A stretch of DNA of 64,000 bases from Tubulanus polymorphus (lineage: Eukaryota > Animalia > Nemertea), in the NCBI RefSeq assembly GCF_964204645.1, contig NC_134035.1:6014001-6078000 (forward strand), written 5' to 3'. Below the pieces are notes generated by a model. It worked only from the letters and a program-made list of their open reading frames with translations, ran no database searches and was not told the origin of the DNA. Positions 59,792 through 64,000 of this stretch are shown here, in pieces. The translations under genes were made by a program, and so were the position numbers. Each line of letters begins with the position of its first letter. The first letter of the stretch is position 1.

Positions 59792-61359
59792 CAAATCATC
59801 GTGCGTCAAGTGTTTATATACGATTAGTACTGTTGCTATCTTATCATGTGTGATATGCTATGTGTTAACCGTAAAATCATATGATCCGTTTATCAGACGA
59901 TCCACATTGGCAAGTTGTAAATATTCTGTACACTTTTGTTCATTTTTCTATTGTGTAAAATATATTCATCTTCTTATTTTTAGATTACTTTGTTAGTTTA
60001 TAGATCTTCTTTTGTACTGTGGGGTGTCGTTTCAAATTTTCTGGTAGCACAAGTGTCAAAGCGGGAGGTTCACTGCTTGCAAGAATTCGATTGAAGGGCA
60101 GTTCTTTCTCTGTAGCACTTTCTTGTGCCGAAAAAGTGGCGCTACTTTTTCCAGTATTCATATGGGGCACGAGATTTACTTTTTAAAGTCAAATTTCATT
60201 CATCGCTTAACACCAGTTCCTTTTAAATTCAAATGATTGAATCCATGCAAAACTTTTTAAAGGGAATTCGTTTTTGAAAACTTTTTTCAAGCTGCTTTTC
60301 ATAGAACTCTGCTCAGCGAATGTAGGCATACGATGAACCACAGGAATAATTTTCAAGTCAACAAGTAGCCTTTTTCATGAAAAGTAAGCACTTCTGGGCC
60401 TTGACAGATTTTGAGTAGCATTTAACCTTAGGAAACTTGCTTCAAACTAACTATATCTTTACAAAAAAGACAAAATATTTCTACCCAAAAACACGAATTA
60501 GGACACCTACATCAGCATCGTTGAAACATTTCACGGTCCTTAGATTTAGTACCAGTCTGAATTACAAGACGATGAAGCCTTCGGGTTACCCTACTTAGTC
60601 TTTTACCTAGCAATTGTTTCCTAAGTCTTAAGACTATCTTGCTTGATCGTGTAGGCCAAGCAATGCCCAAAAGCTGCAGGACAGAATCAAAGAAAAATAA
60701 AGAAAACAAAAACTGCTGTTTAAAGGCCTTATGCTTCAATCTATGTATAGACTGTTTTTAATAGAAGGTTGTTAAGGGGCACAATTGGTCTGCTGGTCCA
60801 AGCTGAACGACATCCATACTAGAAAATCAAAAGCAATTCTTCGAAATTCTAAAGACAACTTTATTAGATGATCATGTATCTAGTTAATTAATATATTAAA
60901 TTTCAACACAATTTCTCGTATATGATGAAGGTATGTTACAAATGATTCATAATCTGAACTCCGGATCATGATAAACTCATACTCCAAACAGCACATACAC
61001 AGTATTTACACAACAAAACTATTAAAAACATTATATACATGTACTGTACATAGGGATCATAAAATTTGAATTTTTCAACCCTCTTCCTCATGTCCGCACA
61101 ATCGGCCATTTTTTCATATACATTAAGCATTACAGTTAGCAATTGCACTGACCCCTCCCCGATTGCATATGTAATTAAATGAATGACCCCATAGCTAGTT
61201 TAATATTAGATGTTGTAATCTGATGTGATTTATCAGATTTTGTAAGGTTACGCGTCTAGTTTGGACAGGAATATTCTATTTTAATACTTATTACATTTGC
61301 GCAGAAATCTTTTTCGCGCGAATTTCATCTCATCATCACTTCCAAATTGGATCACTGAA

Positions 61360-64000
61360 TCACAACATATCGAACGCCGACATTTTCAGATCCTGTAAAT
61401 TGTTACGAGCTGAAAAGCAAAAGAAAAATAGGTAAAAACAGACAGTACAGGTTTTAAGGATGATTATCATCAGGATATGAACAATTTCTGCGACGAAGTT
61501 CAAAATCTCGAACTGACCCTCGAAATATGTTGTATCCGTGTCGTCATCGGGGACGGGGATAAACGGAGCATCCGATTCACACAGCATGTCCCAATTAATA
61601 CTCTCAAAAAATCTATAGTTCATCAGACCTGTAATAAGACGATAATAAATGGGTTTAATTCAACTGAAAAGGAAGATTTAGGTTTCAAGGAGATAGAGAT
61701 TACAAGTTGACTTGAACTTTGGAAAACTGTACTCTTTGAATTTACATACCACATTCAATAGGCCTACTAGTTACGTCAAAGAGCCAGAAAAAATTGACCT
61801 TAGTGAACTTACTGGATGCGTCTGGTCGTGAATTCGGTTCAATTTCCAGTAGATCATTGATCACAGAACACGCGCTATCGGACAGAGCTTCCTCCTCATC
61901 TTCGGGCCACGGAATATCTGAAAATGTTCATTCAAATTCAATAAGGTACAGTCCTTTGAATCCTCAGACTCGGTCTCGGTTGATCTGGAGTCAGGTTTTT
62001 ACCCTGCCGCACACGGCACAGAAAACACGTTTTTCCTCGTGAAAAACGTTTCCGATTGTTTTGTTATGCCGTGTGGAGGAGTCAAAACACAAAATGTCGG
62101 ACAAAAAACCTTTTTCACGAAACTGCTTGATTTGCGAAAAACGTTTTGTGTAGTCGAAAACGTTTTTTTGTCCCGTGTGCGGAGGATGTTTTGTGTTTTG
62201 CAAAACATCCATAGCTGAATAACCAATCAACGAGCAACAATACATCAGGTGGCATCGCAAAAATTGATGTGAATAACTGAGTTTACTGTCGTCTCCATGG
62301 ATTCTATGGTGCAAAAAATGTTTTCTGCACATTTTCGTTATGCAGTGTGCGTTGAACGTTTTTTCAAAACATTCACTCAAAATGTTTTGTGAAAAATTTT
62401 TGTTTTAGTAGAACAAATGTTATGCCGTGTGCGGTGGGCTTTATTGGTGAATCAGTCTTACCTCGGTTGAGAATATTCTGGAAGACGAGATTGGCTGTTT
62501 GATCGTTGAAAGGAGGGACGCCGGTGAGAAATTCAAACACGCAAACTCCCAGAGCCCACCAGTCAACTTCCGGTCCTACATATAGAAAAATATAGTTTAA
62601 GATATTGGAACGTCTGTGATCTCATCCACTTCAATTTTCTATAAACGACAGGGTTGATAATTTACCGTGTTTTTGTTGACGTAGTAGTTCCGGCGCTAGG
62701 TAATCCGGCGTACCCAGTATTCTATCCTCTTCCGTTTCTTCTCTCATCCCACGCCGGACGCTCTTCGGCGTTTTATACGGCGTCCGGATGCCCAGTTTTG
62801 GTCCCGGTGTTTTACTCACGATGATTTGATTATTCTGTATTCGGAATAGATAAAACGTCAAAACATCTTTTAAAATAATATTCGAAAGTGAAGTGAGAAG
62901 AAATCTGTATTTTTCAATAGTCAAAGTCAAATAAATCAAAATGATACATTGTTTCTCTGCAGCGGCCGGGTCATTTTAGTTAAATATAATAAAATTTTTT
63001 ATCAGTTCATTTCTCGAGCTGCTGGGTGTGTTAATGTAGGGGGTGGATAGGCGGCCAGCCGGGTCTAGTATTGAGTTCAGCAGAGCGGAGAAACAAGGTA
63101 TACATTTTTTTAATAGCCTTACAATCTATTTGAATTGATGGGAGGGTAAGAATAAACTTTGAACTGACCGCTTTAGACGCCGTGTTGTCTAGATAAACAG
63201 AACCGAATTGATATCGACCTCTACTGCCGAAACTACGTTCCGTAGCGATCAACGAATCGCGAAATTTCAGCAGTTTCGTTTTAGCGAGGTGCGTCTGTGG
63301 TTGTTGTTTACAATCAGGTGCTGGCGGCGTCGCAACCGAGGGCGACATACGACTTGAATCATCGTTTATACGTTTCCCATCACTGTCGTCTATAATCTGA
63401 CTGACCGGCGACAACTGATCGCTGCTGAAATGTAAAGAATCGATCGATTCCTCCGCCGCCGCCGAGTTTCCCGTTAAACTCGGTATTATCTGATTCTCCG
63501 GCGTGTGAAAATTCAAACTGTCTTCGTTACGAGACTGAAGCACGTGCAGACGCGATCGACTGGAGTCATCGAGGTGACTGAACGAACGCGCGTAACTCAT
63601 CTGCAGACTGTCGCGCGTGTTCCCCGAACGCATCAGTTCGAGGTCGTCGCTCGAACGGTCGCTGCCGTCGAAACTGAATTTGCGCCGTTCGATCGACGAC
63701 GCCGAATGACAGCGTTTAACGCGATGCTCGTCGCCGATTCGAAGAGCTCGGATCTCGGCCGTCATTCCGGTGTTCGCATTCACCGCGACGATCGATGATT
63801 TTCCCAACGGACTTTTCTCGACGAAATCGAAGCTGCGTTTTTGCCGACACGCAACGGCCCCGGCGCTACCGAACGACGGGTCGATGTTTTCGTCGATCGT
63901 AAAATCAGCGACGCTACTCGTGACGGCTCGCGTGAAATCGCGTTTAAAACTGTTAGTATTCGCCGGTTTCGCGAGTAACCGTTTGAAACTGGGCCTCGCG
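61360..64000 (-). CDS. MASTL: Serine/threonine kinase Greatwall (3' part; continues past window end)
   Basis: Exons >64000-63169, 62834-62666, 62575-62462, 61917-61813, 61628-61518, 61409-61360, in frame. Long low-complexity insert before [13 protein letters not shown]...[11 protein letters not shown], then [24 protein letters not shown], the AGC tail [19 protein letters not shown] and stop. Confidence 0.93.
61999..62441. mobile_element. MITE in a MASTL intron
   Basis: Inverted repeat CCGCACACGGCA/TGCCGTGTGCGG, with internal CCGTGTG.GG.G sub-repeats. Confidence 0.55.

Overview
Intron-rich eukaryotic genomic DNA, AT-rich and not CpG-depleted, probably from a marine invertebrate (inference from gene content and repeat types). 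I assembled exons by hand from GT-AG sites and reading-frame phase. Four conserved genes: an LNX1/2-type Zn-finger plus 4-PDZ gene (+, 12870-28289; no RING exon found in the window; two in-phase candidate alternative first exons), an FBXO30/40 F-box gene (-, 33042-36499, 735 aa), a 7-exon Ras GTPase with a K-Ras4B-like tail (+, 43839-53301, 186 aa) and the 3' part of MASTL/Greatwall kinase (-, 61360 to beyond 64000). Between Ras and MASTL lies an unrecognised two-exon gene (+, 58885-59791, 178 aa) built like a secreted prohormone: signal peptide, dibasic/furin sites and two amidation signals. Its first exon is missing from the ORF track. Non-coding DNA holds a Penelope-like (GIY-YIG) fragment and several short fold-back elements with minimal hammerhead-ribozyme cores, some on the sense strand of LNX and Ras introns. 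It also holds two 32/34-bp palindromes with 7-bp target duplications that fit P-element excision footprints, many MITEs, Helentron-type elements, an L2 tail and minisatellites. No CRISPR, rRNA or intact tRNA was seen.
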